Assembly: GCA_963575745.1 (NCBI GenBank)
Contig: CAUYUJ010000031.1
Span: 1-64,000 of the forward strand
From: Prorocentrum cordatum
Lineage: Eukaryota
Reading direction: 5' to 3'
Length of the DNA: 64,000 bases
Shown: positions 1 through 12,439 of the stretch, piece by piece
Position numbering within the stretch: position 1 is the stretch's first letter
Layout of the letters: each line of letters begins with the position of its first letter
Program-made: the position numbers and the translations under genes
Notes under the pieces: generated by a model
The model's input: the letters and a program-made list of their open reading frames with translations, nothing else
What the model was told of the DNA's origin: nothing
Databases searched by the model: none

Positions 1-2033
1 TTTCTAACATTCGGAGGTCTGCGCGGACCTCTTGGATCGGCGGTGGAGGTGGACCCGGCGCCTACTTCAGAGACCCGCGAGGAGTTCGGAAAGTTCACGT
101 TTGTGCAGAATCCGTTGTTTTGTGACCACTTGTGACCCCTATTCCGACTTTCTCATATTTCGCTTAGTTTGCTCTGTGGGGCAGTTGTTTACGATGCCAC
201 CGGCAAACTCAAACAATTGGAAAAGTAGTAGTCGTTGGCGAGCGATTCTAATGCCAGCCCTTTGCCAAATCTTGACAGCGCACCGAGGGCATTTAGTGGT
301 TCACCAACGGCGCCATCGCATAAATAAAGACCACCAGCTTCAATATCTTGCATTCGACGTTTTGAGGCGGCGTCGTTGCCAAATTCTAGTTTGAGGCAGT
401 GAAAATATTGACAGTACCCCTTCCCCCCTACGGGTCCAGTCGACGCTGGGGTAGGGGACACCGCTGGTGCCCACTTGGTTGCAGGAATCTTGCAAATGCT
501 GACCCCAGTCGGTCTTCCCAGTGTTCAAAACATCTGACCCGCAGGTGTCGGGTGCACAGGTGGTTGCTTCTTTCTCCACCCGTCTGGCTCAGGTTGTGAG
601 ATTTGAAATGCGTCCCCGACCCGCCCTGCACATTCTGCATGCAGCGGCCGCCAGGCTTGCGTCACCACTTGCTCTACCTCGTACTGAGCACGGGCAGCGC
701 CCGCGGATGCACGGAAGCCGCGGCCTGGCTGCTGCCGCGGCCCCGCTGCTGCTGCTGGCCGCACCGACCCACTCGACGCTGAAGTCTTCCACGCCTGAGT
801 GCCCTCCTCCTCCTGTTCTCTGCGGCCGCCTCGTCCCTCCCACCGAGCGCGTTCCGCTGCTCGCAGAGTGCCTGCTCGCAAGCGCCCGAAACAAAGACAC
901 ATGCAGGCTTCGAAGTAATCCCTCGAAGATCCCCCGCGGCGGATCCAGGCCATTTGCGAGCAGTCACTTTGCGAGTGGCTGAACGCGCTCGTCTACCCTC
1001 TGTGTTCCCCGTTCTTGCCCGCCGGCCAGTTCGCGCGTCGGTCGGCCTGGATCGCCGCCCGCTGGAGCAGCGCTGCTGCCTCGCCGCCGACGTACAAAAT
1101 GGGTTCCCGGGGTATCTCCCGCCTCGTGCCTGCGACGACTGCCGACTGCATATGTGCCGCGGCCGCCGGGCCAAAAAGTTTGCCGGCGCTCCCCTCTTGG
1201 CATGCCGCCTCGGGAGCTCGGGTGGGGATGATCGTCCGAAGCACCGTGGTTCTCTTCTCGGCGGCGCGCCCAGGGAAGAAGTAAAAAGGGGGCAGGCCTT
1301 CTCAGAGGGCGGCGGGGCTTCTCAGATGGCCTCTCGGGCATTCCTAGAAGCGTTCTGAGCTTCCCCGAAGACACAGGGCACTTCTCAGAAGGCCAGAGGC
1401 CTTCTGAGAAGACCCGCGGCCTTTGAGGAGGCCTTCCCCCTCTCAATTCCCCCCAGGCGCGCCGCCAATCTTCTCTCCAGTGACATTCTCGTCCCGCCTG
1501 TGGCTGCGGCTCCAGCCGCCCGTTCCCCTTCCCTCTCCTTGCGCTGGCCAGCGGCGCGGGGGAGGGGGCCTCTTTCCAGACCAGGAGCGGGAGCAGGAGG
1601 AGGAAGAGAGAGAAAGAGAGAGAAAGATAATCACTGCCTCCATTCAAACAATGTTATACTATATTCAGGAGGGGGTAAAACACACAAACACAAGTAGTCG
1701 TCGAACCCCCGGAAAATACGGGAAAACATGGGAAGTGGGGGGAAAACGAAAACTTCGCAAATACATGCGCAGATTGGGGATTTTGGGATCTGTGTGACGA
1801 CTGTAGCCGTGTGCCCCAGCGCACGGGCGACGCGCACGTTCGGAAGCCTCCTAGCATCAAAAGTTCCGTGGCGGGCGCTCCGTGGCCACCTCCCTCGGCG
1901 AGCTGCATGCTGCAAGATGCCGAGGTGTACGCTCGGGTCTGGCGTGCGCCTCCAACAGAGGTGCACAGAAGTCCTGTGGAACCTCCACCGAGGCTCGATG
2001 AGCGATGCTGGTGGCCCTCGCGCGCCCCAGTCC

Positions 2034-2228
2034 AGGAGGAGGAGGAGGAGGAGGAGGAGGAGGAGGAGGAGGAGGAGGAGGAGGAGGAGGAGGAGGAGGA
2101 GGAGGAGGAGGACGAGGAGGAGGAGGAGGAGGAGGAGGAGGAGGCGGAGGAGGAGGAGGAGGAGGAGGAGGAGGAGGAGGAGGAGGAGGAGGAGGAGGAG
2201 GAGGAGGAGTAGGAGGAGGAGGGGGAGG
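2034..2228. repeat. (GGA)n microsatellite, representative of many GGA/CCT tracts
   Basis: Others at 3695-3856, 7858-8125, 17615-17782, 25225-25410, 29450-29496, 30143-30182, 42698-43000, 51143-51285, 52763-53080, 53700-53775 and 63087-63142. Confidence 0.98.
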
Positions 2229-3702
2229 ATTTCCAGGAATTCCGCCCTCACGTAGTGATATTACGCGAGCCACCCTCTGAGCACGAAATCGAAGACGCCG
2301 AACCCAGAGGACCATGGACAGGTACCAGCAGAATAGTTATGAAGATTGCCCAGGCGCAGAAGCTGAACCTTACACGACCTGATTACAGCAATACCATGGG
2401 ATAACTACCATGCCAGCCCAAATACATATAAAACTGAAGCTGTGCTGCCGAATTGACTCCACATTGAAATAACCAGTGGCTAAGCAGAAGTGAGCTTGAC
2501 TCTGTAAGGCCCTTCCGTCGATCATTGGGCTAACTCTCGCAATGAAGGAAGGAGCTCGCCTCACCCACAGACCACCTCGCCCCAGCCGAACAAAGGAAGT
2601 GCCACCGGTAGCAGAAGCCCCAGACTGCAATACTTTGCACAAGATGCGGAACAAAGCGTGTGACTATAAACGAAAAACACATACTGCCTCCAGAAACCCG
2701 CGCCCACATCCACCAAGAGTGCATAGTACGCCCAGGAGAAGGTCGGAGAAAGGCCAATTAAAGGCACCTGCCCTGGGACGGACGCCGACACAGAAGTTCA
2801 GGAAGTACCCAGAAGTTGAAACTGGTGCTGAGGCCCACCAAAGGCAACCCACCCAGGAAAGCTGCACCACGTTGCGAAACGCCAAGATGATACCCTCCAG
2901 CTTGTTTTGCCACTGCCCAAGGCTCAGCGTTTGTTACAACATGTTGGTACATGATCACCGAGAAGACCACCATGGGGGAGCCCCCCATCAGCTTACCGCC
3001 GCGGACGAGAGACTGAAGAAAACGCCGCTCCCACCAGCACATTCTGGAGACCTAGAAAGAAGATCTGAGCATACCCTCCCTCGCGGCACTGGGAGATGAT
3101 CATACTGTAGCTGACGGCGCTTGGGTAACACACAGCATACAACACACACAAATTGTAAGGACGCATACCCTCCCCAAACGGGGCTGGGAGACACCCGAAC
3201 AATAGTCGACGCTGCCTGCAACCACTTACAATGCACCTGGCCAAACTAAAGCTGATGGCACCTGGGTAACAATTAGCGTACAACTTGTAAGGAAGCATAC
3301 CCTCCCCATGCGGGAATGGGAAACACCCGAACAGTAGTTGACGAAGCCTGCCACCGCTGACAGTGCATATTGACCAAAGTTGTACCTGAAATGCAAGAAA
3401 ACCCGTGGCGAAAACCTGCGGGACAAGGCAGAACAAGCCCACGAACCAACTGAACATGGGGAACGCCCCGCGCAAGAAGCCCCTGACCCGATCTGTCGCC
3501 TGCAGGTGGTCTACGAACATGAATTTCCGCAGCCTTAGCAAACCCGTCGAATACTGCCCACCAGCGAGCGAAACCGATGGAATACACAGGATCCTCCCGG
3601 GTGCCACAAGCACGCTCTGATGAGGCGCTGAGGACGGCTACATGGCGAGTTGGAGCCACAGCAGGCTCAAACCCTCCTGCGGCCGCTTGTGCTTGAGGAG
3701 GA

Positions 3703-3733
<31 letters not shown>

Positions 3734-3766
3734 GAGGAGGAGGAGGAGGAGGAGGAGGATGAGGAG

Positions 3767-3800
<34 letters not shown>

Positions 3801-3869
3801 GGGAGGAGGAGGAGGAGCAGGAGGAGGAGCAGGAAGGAAGAGGAGGAGGAGGAGGATTCAGAACGCTTG

Positions 3870-6800
3870 CGAAGTAAGTAACGTGCTATACTTGGGGGTG
3901 AGACCTCTCACGAATCGCGAAAGATGTTCTCTCCTCTTTTTTGTGATTTGAAGGGGCTTGTATGGACTCGAGCGGCCTCGCAATTGCTCGGACCCGAAAA
4001 ACCCGCAAGACTTACAAATCTACACACGGCTGCTATCATGGAACAACATATCATGAGAGCGCTCAACAAATCCCCCTCCTATGTGGACCTTAAACCCTGC
4101 CCGAGGCTGTAGGATACCACCCGACCCAATGACAGCAACAAGTGGTGCACTCGGTGAGCCTAGTCAAGCACGGCGGGCGACCTTCGTGGCCGAGCTCCTG
4201 CACACCTGGCAGCTCATGCTGTCCTCGGTCACGTAGTGCTCCGATCCGAGGAGAGCGACAGCGGCGGCAACAGGGGCAGGAGGACGAGGGGGAGGAGGAG
4301 GAGCGGGCAAACGAGCGGGATCGGCGATGCCAGCCTCGGCCTGGGACCTCCGTTTTTCCATCAACTTGTCTTCGCGATCAGCAGCGGCCGCTTCCAAGGT
4401 TGATCTCATCAAACGTTTCCGTACCAGGGCTGCCGTCTTTTCCACGGTGTGCAAACGATGCTTGGTCTGCTCTGAAACTCGACACTGCTGGGCCGCGACC
4501 TTCGCAAACTCATCGGCGTAAATATTGCCACACATCATCCACCAGGGAATGAGAGGAGAACGAGAGACGATGCCATTCGGGCTGAGGTGGGACGGGATCC
4601 ACAGCACAGTGATGAACTCAGGACTCCTGAGTTCATCACTGTGCTGTGGATGAACCGACCTCAGGTCGGTTCAACAATGCTTGTCCTACCTCATGCCACA
4701 ACGTACCAGGTACACCTGCTGGGTTCTGCCATCGTTTTTCCCACCAGCCACACACTTTCGTCGCTGTCTGAAACGAACGTGAAGTAACCAGTAGATACAC
4801 GGATGCCCAGGACCAACGCGTATCATTCGCCCGTGGGAACAGATAGGTGTTTCTTGGCAGGGGCCCAGACACAGTGGCAGGAAAATGAAGCTGCGAAGCT
4901 CCGGTGGTGCAAGAGGCTTGAATAATTGTTAAAGCCGCACGGCGAAGCCGAGGATCTCGAGAATCAGGGCCTCCAGACGCGTCCCCACAGAGAACCACTG
5001 GAGCCTCTTGGGTACCATGCCCTAGGCAACCTGGAAAGGACTCCCCTTCGAAGCCTGCGGCTCGCCAGTTTTCAACTTCAGTTGGCGGTTCCACCGCCGT
5101 CCAGCTCCGTGGGATCAGTTTACGATGCCGAAAAGATGACTCAACTTCAGTGTGTTGGGTCGCTTCCAAGGTAAATTCTGCTGACTCATCATAAATAGGA
5201 TGACCTGCATTCTTGCTACACAACCAATGACAGTGAAGCGGCGTTTCAGGTTCACGTCGGCAACGCGGGCAAAAGCCATCGGACGGGATGCTCGCGTCCT
5301 GCTTGCGGTTCTCCAACCACGCGCCACCAGAAGCAATGCAAAGGAACAGCTCAGCGAGTTGCCGCCCATGGGAGGCATCTTGCAACTGCGTGAGGAGAAA
5401 TCGAAGGCTCTGGTTGTCGGCACCACCTTCCAAACCAGCCCCACAGTAGTGGTCACCATCTTGTCGCCGCTGTGAAGCTTGCAAGCTGGTGGTGGCGTCA
5501 TCCAAGAACCTTCGAGCCTGGTCTAAGGAGTGCAGGAGGGTGGTGTTGAAGTGCCGCTCGGCTTCAGGGATCACCCAACAATCTGGCTTGAGCTGGTCCC
5601 ATCCCGAGATGAGCAACTGATAAATAACAGCCCCAAGGGGCCCACGAATGTAACGTGTGCGCTGCTGTGGTGTAAGTGCTGACATATGTTCCAACGCAAT
5701 CGGCCAAGCTTGTGACATACCTGCGCGTGTGTGTGTGACAGATGTATCCATACATACATCCATTGCTCAAAAAAAAAAGAAGGAGAGGAATCCGAACACC
5801 TGGATGGAGACCTGGCGTCCTCAATCCAGAACAGTCGTGATACACCTTCCCCTCTTGTTGCTGCCTGAAGCTGCTGCAAGCCGCCTACGCATCCCGAGGA
5901 AACTATCGCCAATGACCCCTTAAGCTTGAGACCCATAAGGAGCTCCCGCTTGAGGCCCTGCTTGTATGATCTTCTTCCAAACGGGATATCGTCTGGAAGC
6001 TGCTACAAACCGCCTAAGTCTGTGATGTTCTTGCGCTGGCTTAACAGCGCGTTGCCGTCGAACCGTCCCAGCCTGCCTTTTCCCCGCCCCCGTGTCGATT
6101 CCGAGATAGGATCCTTGCAATGCAGCTTTGACGATGGTGCCACGCGATTTCAACCTTGAAGCACCATGTTTGGCAATGCGGTGCCCCGAGCACAATACCA
6201 AACTGTTGGTGGCCAAGGACAAGTGCAAGTGGCTCTGGGGGTAAAAAGGCCGTGAGACCTGTGATGCTCTTGCAGCGCTTCCTCCACTCTGCGCCTGGAA
6301 CCTAGAGCACCTCAATAAAGACCATCGGTCCAAATCCTCTCGCCCATGCCTGGATTCATGACATGCATCTTCTTAATCATGAAATATATTAAACACCTGG
6401 CAAATCTCGTCCTCCCTCGTACGCCCTCGAACATACTCAGATTTGGCTGAAAGCCTTCCGAGAGAGCTCCAAGCTGAGGAAGGATGCGAGCGGCCACGCG
6501 CAATTGATTTCCTACAAACAAGAACAGGTGGATTACCCAGCTTGGGAGCGACCAGCACGAGATGCTTAAACTGGATATTGTCGTTCAAGCTCTTGATGTC
6601 GAGAACAGCCTGGCCGTACGTGACTTGAAATTTCTGTGCTACTTCTGCTTCTAGAATTCGAGAAACAGCTTCCCAAATAAGTTAGCTGCCTGCAGTAGGC
6701 GCATCCCAAGCAGGGTCCGTTGCCCGCGACCAATCTTTACTCAAAGCATCACGCGCAATACTCTACACACTGCAAACCATGAGTAACATGCCTGTGGGCT

Positions 6801-7800
6801 CGATCTCTTTTCGCCTTCTTCGGAATGGGTCTCCCCAGGTAAACCATCATGTGCCATGGCCATATAAAAGACTCTTCTGCTGTAGTGTATATGTGGGCAA
6901 GCTCCTGGAGGGCACACTCAGGAAGGCGTTCGATGTCGATGGGGCCGATTTGATCGATTCCTAATCCTGCACGTGCTTTCATACGGCTTGTTTGTTTACG
7001 CGCACCACGAGATTCGAGAGGAACGAACTGTTCGATTTGAGCTCCCCCCCTAACGATACCGAGAATGTCCGAGAACGAGTCAGCATCGGAAGGCTGCGAG
7101 GCCCACAAGGTATGATATGCCTGCACCTTTGCATCTGCAGTATCCCGAGGATGAAAGAGACGCTTCCCTTGATGGCAGAACTCGTCTGCTGCATGTCATA
7201 CTGAACGGAGGCTGCGATGGATAGCACTTAAAAAACTCCTGCGCAATTCAGGTCTGGTAAGATTACAGGAAAGCCTGAACAGCTCGCCGTCGTGATCTCT
7301 GTGCTACCTTCCCCATTTGTGTACACATATTGTTGTTAATGTCCGTGCTGAGCTGCGCCAGATCCCCCATCAGATGAAGCCAGCGCTCCCAACACAAGTT
7401 TTGTTCCCCTGGAGTAATACATGCTTCTACGCCTGCGGGGATATCCTGCGAAAACTTGCGAGAGACTGCAGAAAGCTGGGCCGCCTGCCGCTCGCTATTA
7501 TTCCTGGCGCGGTGGCGGTGGCACCTCGTGGCCGCGTGGTGACCACCACGCGGCCACCTGGTCGCTGTGAGATGTGTCCCTAAGATGATCGGCCTTGTGC
7601 ACGGTGTGAACGACCAACTGGATGTTCTCAGCCCGAGAATTACCGTGGAACGTGTCACCGTGATGCTCTACGATACTGCTTTCCAGAGTGCGAACCTCGC
7701 CTGCAATACATGAGGCCCTCCGACGATGTAAGCACCCGACGACGAGACGACTGACCAGACATCCGCGAAGCACGGGTTCCCGGAGAGGAGGGGGAGGCCA
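3870..7800 (-). mobile_element. Decayed LINE (end of APE - RT - zinc knuckle - C-terminal RNase H), 5' truncated
   Basis: Minus-strand fragments: KARAGLGIDQIGP...WPWHMMVYLGRPIPKK (RT start), AVLDIKSLNDNI, RIWTDG (degenerate catalytic motif), YLGIDTGAGKR, GPLGAV, CPRCRREPETPLHCHWLC, LCGDASGGPDSRDPRLRR and LWIPSH...GNIYADEFAK (RNase H). Many frameshifts and stops. Confidence 0.82.
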
Positions 7801-8222
7801 CGATCCGGAAACATTTTTCCTGGAGCACACATCCACGAAACATCCACGAAGCTTCTCAGGAGGAGGAGTAGGAGGAGGAGGAGGAGGAGGAGGAGGAGGA
7901 GGAGGAGGAGGAGGAGGAGGAGGAGGAGGAGGAGGACGAGGAGGAGGAGGAGGAGGAGGAGGAGGAGGAGGAGAGGAGGAGGAGGAGGAGGAGGAGGAGG
8001 AGGAGGACGAGGAGGAGGAGGAGGAGGAGTAGGAGTAGGAGGAGGGGGAGGAGGAGGAGGAGGAGGAAGGAGGGGAGGAGGAGGAGAGGAGGAGGAGGAG
8101 GAGGAGGAGGAGGAGGAGGAGGAGGACCAGGCATCGAGGACCCGTGGCCCTCGCGCGCCCCGCGCCCAGCGGCGGCGCGCAGCCCAAGTGGCCGCCTCCG
8201 CAGGCCTCGCGGCCTGCCACCC

Positions 8223-9398
8223 ATGGGGGGGGAAGGGCAGCTCTGCCACCCAGGCCTGAGGGGCAACGTCAGGGCCCTCCTCTCTTCTCCCTCCTCCCTC
8301 CTCATCCTCCTCCCTCCTCCCTCCTCCCTGCTCCCTGCTCCCTCCTCCCTCCTCCCTCCTCCCTCTTGCCTGGAGTACAGTGTCCAGCTATGCATGATTA
8401 TCACGGCCCGTGCGCCTGGTGAGCGCTGCGACCGCCAGCGGGCCTACGTCGCCAAAGCCCTAGGGAAGCTCGAGCGTGCCCGCGAGGCGGTCGACAAGGC
8501 ACAGGCACGCCTGCAGGAGGCCGACGCGAAGTGCACGCAGCGCGAGAGGGAGCATGATCGGGCCAAGCTGCTGCTGGACCAGCTGGAGGCGATGCAGCCC
8601 ATCCCTGCAGCTGGTGGCGCAGCCGAGGACGTGGACATGGGCGCGGAGGGCACGCGGACGCCAGAGGCTGGAGGTGCTGCACCTCAGACGCCTCAGAGCA
8701 CTCCCGTGCAGCTGGCGGCCATCGCGGAGCTCCAGAGCGGCCAGGCGACGCTCACGGCCCAGCTCAGCAGCTTGACGGCACTGCTGACGACGCTGCAGAC
8801 GGCGATGGCTGCGGCAAGGACCCCAGCAGCTGCCGCCGAGGTCCCCGTCCCACCTGAAGGCGGCGCCCCGCAGGTCAGGCCCTTCGCTGGCCAGCCCCAG
8901 CGCCTGGGCCGCATGCCGACGGCGGAGGAGCTTGCAGCTGCCGCACATGCCGCCGCGGCCGCGGTAGCGAGCCCAGTGGACGGAGCAGCTGATCCTGCAG
9001 CTGCCGCTGGCCCCGCTCCGCCTGCGCCAGCTGCTGCTGACGGCGCACCTGCGGCGCCCGCAGGGGCCGACGGCGAGGATCTCGCTGCTGTGCGCGCTCG
9101 TGCCGCCACGGCACGCCGTGCCAAGCGCGAGCAGGAGCGCGCGAGGCGCCCGCCAGGCCAGCCGCTGCTCGTGGACGCCATGGCCAGGCAGCAGCAGCTT
9201 GGCGGACATCGGGGCCCTGGCAGCATGCCGGCCCCAGCTGGACGTGCTGACATCGCGGCGGAGTTCGGCGACCACGAGACGGAGGCGGCAGCAAGGCGGA
9301 CGCGGCACAGCCGCGATCGCAGCCCCCGCAGGCCCGACGGCTTCGAGATGGTTGGCGGCGCTGGTGCAGAATCGACGGGAGAGTCGACGCTGGGGTGA
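8223..9398 (+). CDS. LINE ORF1-like protein (coiled coil, Ala/Pro-rich, RDRSPRR tail); true 5' end uncertain
   Basis: 391-aa ORF immediately upstream of ORF2, with heptad-like segments (AKALGKLERAREAVDKAQARLQEADAK; IAELQSGQATLTAQLSSLTALL). Its stop overlaps the ORF2 ATG. The C-rich tract 8275-8370 may be an insertion. Confidence 0.7.
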   Translation: MGGEGQLCHPGLRGNVRALLSSPSSLLILLPPPSSLLPAPSSLLPPPSCLEYSVQLCMIITARAPGERCDRQRAYVAKALGKLERAREAVDKAQARLQEADAKCTQREREHDRAKLLLDQLEAMQPIPAAGGAAEDVDMGAEGTRTPEAGGAAPQTPQSTPVQLAAIAELQSGQATLTAQLSSLTALLTTLQTAMAAARTPAAAAEVPVPPEGGAPQVRPFAGQPQRLGRMPTAEELAAAAHAAAAAVASPVDGAADPAAAAGPAPPAPAAADGAPAAPAGADGEDLAAVRARAATARRAKREQERARRPPGQPLLVDAMARQQQLGGHRGPGSMPAPAGRADIAAEFGDHETEAAARRTRHSRDRSPRRPDGFEMVGGAGAESTGESTLG

Positions 9399-9742
9399 TG
9401 CATCAGGACAGGCGAGCTGCTGGGGGTGAGATGCCTGAGCCATTTCATAGCTCGCCTGTGGCTGCCAGCGCAGCCGATGTCGCGTCAGAGCCCCTCGATC
9501 GGATGGAGTCCGAGTCTCTCCCCCCTCGCTCCAGGCCGCCTTGCCTCATTCCCGATTGTGAATCGATCGTAAGAGGCCTGCGTCAGCCTTGGCCCTGCGC
9601 TCGCACTCTCACGCCAGTTTTCTACGGGCCTCAGCAGTTGCCCGACTCTTGCTTTTTCTCTTCGTACCTTCATAGTCGCACACGTTCCTTTTTTGAATAC
9701 CACGGAGGTGCCCTTCCCCCCCCCGAGGATGAGGTTATCAGG

Positions 9743-10195
9743 TATGAAGTGCATACGGACGGCTCTGGTGGATCTCGGGCGCAAGTACTGGGTGGACCAC
9801 CGTCGTGGGCTTGGTGTATGTACTCAGTTACTGGCACACAACAGTACACATGTGAAGGTTATTTATGTGGTGTTGACCCCTCTCTCCTCGACCTGCCAAG
9901 TGCTTCAGGTGCTGCTGAATTTCAAGCTGCCCTATGGCTAGTGCTATGGATGTTGCAGGCTCCTAGCAGATTCAGGTCCAGGCCCCTGGAAGTTATCACC
10001 GACAATATCCTTGTAGTCAGGTCGGCCGAAGGCGGAACGCACTACTCATCTTGTGGGGACTATCCTGGGTTGTTCGATGGGGCGCTGAAGCTTCTCCGCT
10101 GTTTTACTACGGTGCGTTGGAAACACGTCTTGGGACATAATGCCGACCCTCGGAATGAGCTTGCAGATGCCAGTGCACGATTAGCCTACATGGGC
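9743..10195 (+). other. RNase H domain at the N-terminus of ORF2
   Basis: YEVHTDGS ... AAEFQAAL ... EVITDN ... WKHVLGHNADPRNELADASA gives the D-E-D-H-D catalytic pattern of RNase HI. Confidence 0.88.
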
Positions 10196-10465
10196 CTGGC
10201 ACCGACTGTGCCCGGCGACTTTCAACCGTGGTCTGCGCTAGGCGCCGCCGCCGTTGCTGCTGTGCCCTGGCTGTGGATGTCAGTTATCTCCAACGCCAGC
10301 GACGGTCATGGGGTGTGCCCGAAAGTTGGCATGAGTGAAATGCCCATCATACGTCCACCTCTCCTCGATCCCCGTCGTGCTTTCTCGCCGCATGCAGGAC
10401 TCAGCTCGGAAAGTGAAGACGCGGTCCGTTCGCCTTCCCGTTCAGGTCTGGATGCCTTTGTCAGG

Positions 10466-11300
10466 TTTGACGTGGCCAATGTTCTTACATTACGGCCCAG
10501 GAGGAAAGCTGCACGGAAGGGAGGCAGGATGCGGATACGATGTCGGTACCAGGACGCAGCAGGACTAGATGCCCCTGGGCGCATGCTGTCTTTGGCGTAC
10601 TTGTTTGATGCTCGTCAGTTTCTCTTTATCGGCACGCTTGAGACTAGGATGCGTCGCAATGGATGGACGCCTGCTGCTCAGTATCTTGTGCTCACCGCCG
10701 CTGCCGAACAGAAGGGTGCAGGTGGGGTAGCTCTGTGGGTGCAACAGGTATTCAGTACGTGCGTGGGTGTACGCTCTCTCGCCGCCATCTACGTGTTCTC
10801 AGCTTTGCTTCTCACCATCTTCTCGTTGCTGTGCGTGCACCACATTTGTGTGTCGATATCTTGTTCGGGCATGCTCCGCACTCCAGACGTGACAGCGTCG
10901 AGGTTGAAGAGTGGTGGGTCAGTATCGAACGCATCCTGCGCCAGCGCCCGCATCCCGCGCCCCTGTACTGTTTGTTGGATGCTAATGCTACTCTGGGCTC
11001 TCGGGTCTCGGATCATGTTGGCGACGTCGCCGCCGAAAATGAGAACCACACTGGGGCACGTTTCCATCGGTTTCTGCAAACCCCGGGACAGTTTGCCCAA
11101 TCCACGATGTTACCTTCGGCTTCTGGGGTCCACGGTACCTGGCTTCCCCCTGGGGCTCAAGGGACTGACCCGCGGCATCGCATTGATTACATCACTGTGC
11201 CATGCGGACAGTTGTCGTGCGTTGCACGACGGTCAGTGGAAGTGGATCCTGATCTCTCTCTCTGCGTAGTGATGATCATTTTGTGGTGTCGGCAGATGTG
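10466..11300 (+). other. AP endonuclease-like (EEP) domain of ORF2, two frameshifts
   Basis: ANVLTL, GTLETR, GGVALW, HAPHS, LLDANA, GTW...RIDYI and the terminal DDHFVV (read from agtgatgatcattttgtg) are the ordered L1-type APE motifs. Confidence 0.85.
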
Positions 11301-12439
11301 CATGTGTACCCATCTCTGCCATGCCAGCATGCACACGCGTGGTCCCGATTACGAGTGGACGAAGCGAAGTACAATGATCCAGAGTGTTGTGCCGCATTTG
11401 TTCGTGAGCTTGAGTCAGTGCCTCAGCCCACCTACCAGACCCACCCGGACGACCATGCCGATCACTTGAACCGGCACATTTTGCATGCGGCCCAGGTTGC
11501 TTTCCCGCCCAGTGCTTCGGAGAGTGGCCGACAGGGCAAACGCGGTTGGATATCCAAGGGATCCCTGGACCTCATGGACCTTAGAACTCAAGGACGTGCT
11601 GCCCTACGGGCCCTGCGGTCACAACTGCCCCGCCTACTGCTCACGTGCGTGTTCACCGCTTGGGCCACCGACGGTGCTGAGAGTGGCGCTTGGTTTTGCC
11701 GTCGGACTTTGAATTGGCGCCATTCATGGCGCGAGAGCCCTTCCCACTACCCATTACTGTGTGTATGCCGCACTATCGCGAAGGCTACGGACACAGTCAT
11801 GGACTGCGCTGCCCCGTTTACCCTGCCCCTTCGCAGTCCAACAGCCAAGTATACCTACCCACCTTTCAGCCAGGACCACATAGTGGGCCTCAGATACTTA
11901 GCCCGCCTACCTACCACCGCCGAACTACTATTCCCACCGTCAGGACACTGGTTTCAACTGGGAACCCTACTGGAGCTTTGCCAGGGGTGGATGGGGTTTT
12001 ACTGGGCCACCAGCTACATATTTTTGCGTGCCGCCACGTGCGTAATTCAACAATCCACGGGAATCGATTCTGCCTGGCATTGTGCTGCCATTGCCAAGGG
12101 AGTCAAAAGCGCCTGGGGCCGACGGCAGTTTGCCGAGGCTTATTCGGCTTTACGACGTATTGGGGCAGGGTCCAAAAGGCGCAAGATCGATCGTGTTCTC
12201 CCGGCCCTACGCGACATCACGGGACAGCCTCTAGTGTCGGAGCGAGCAGTTGCCCAGCGCTGGCAACAACACTTTGCCAGCCTCGAGCTCGGGGCCACCT
12301 TCTCTATGGCTGGTATCCCCCCACATAGCAGGGCATTTCGGACGTGCACCGTATGGCGGCATGCCGATCGATGCACCAGTCTCGCTTGCCACAATCCCGA
12401 CTCTTTCCGACTTTCAGTGGTCCTGCCGACAGGCCCGTC

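Noticed and set aside
120..620. Coding-like minus-strand fragments, also at 27442-27756, 28334-28615, 40200-41560 and 60060-60271
   Set aside because: No recognisable motif or consistent frame. They may be decayed transposon pieces, but no call is supportable.
3617..3645. Hammerhead ribozyme cores (CTGATGA here and at ~30673, 36730; CTGAAGA at ~44690)
   Set aside because: None has a stem II closed by a correctly placed GAAA.
8460..9448. Long antisense ORFs opposite LINE ORF1, and opposite the CRE fragment at 61993-63335
   Set aside because: Shadow ORFs expected from very high GC coding sequence.
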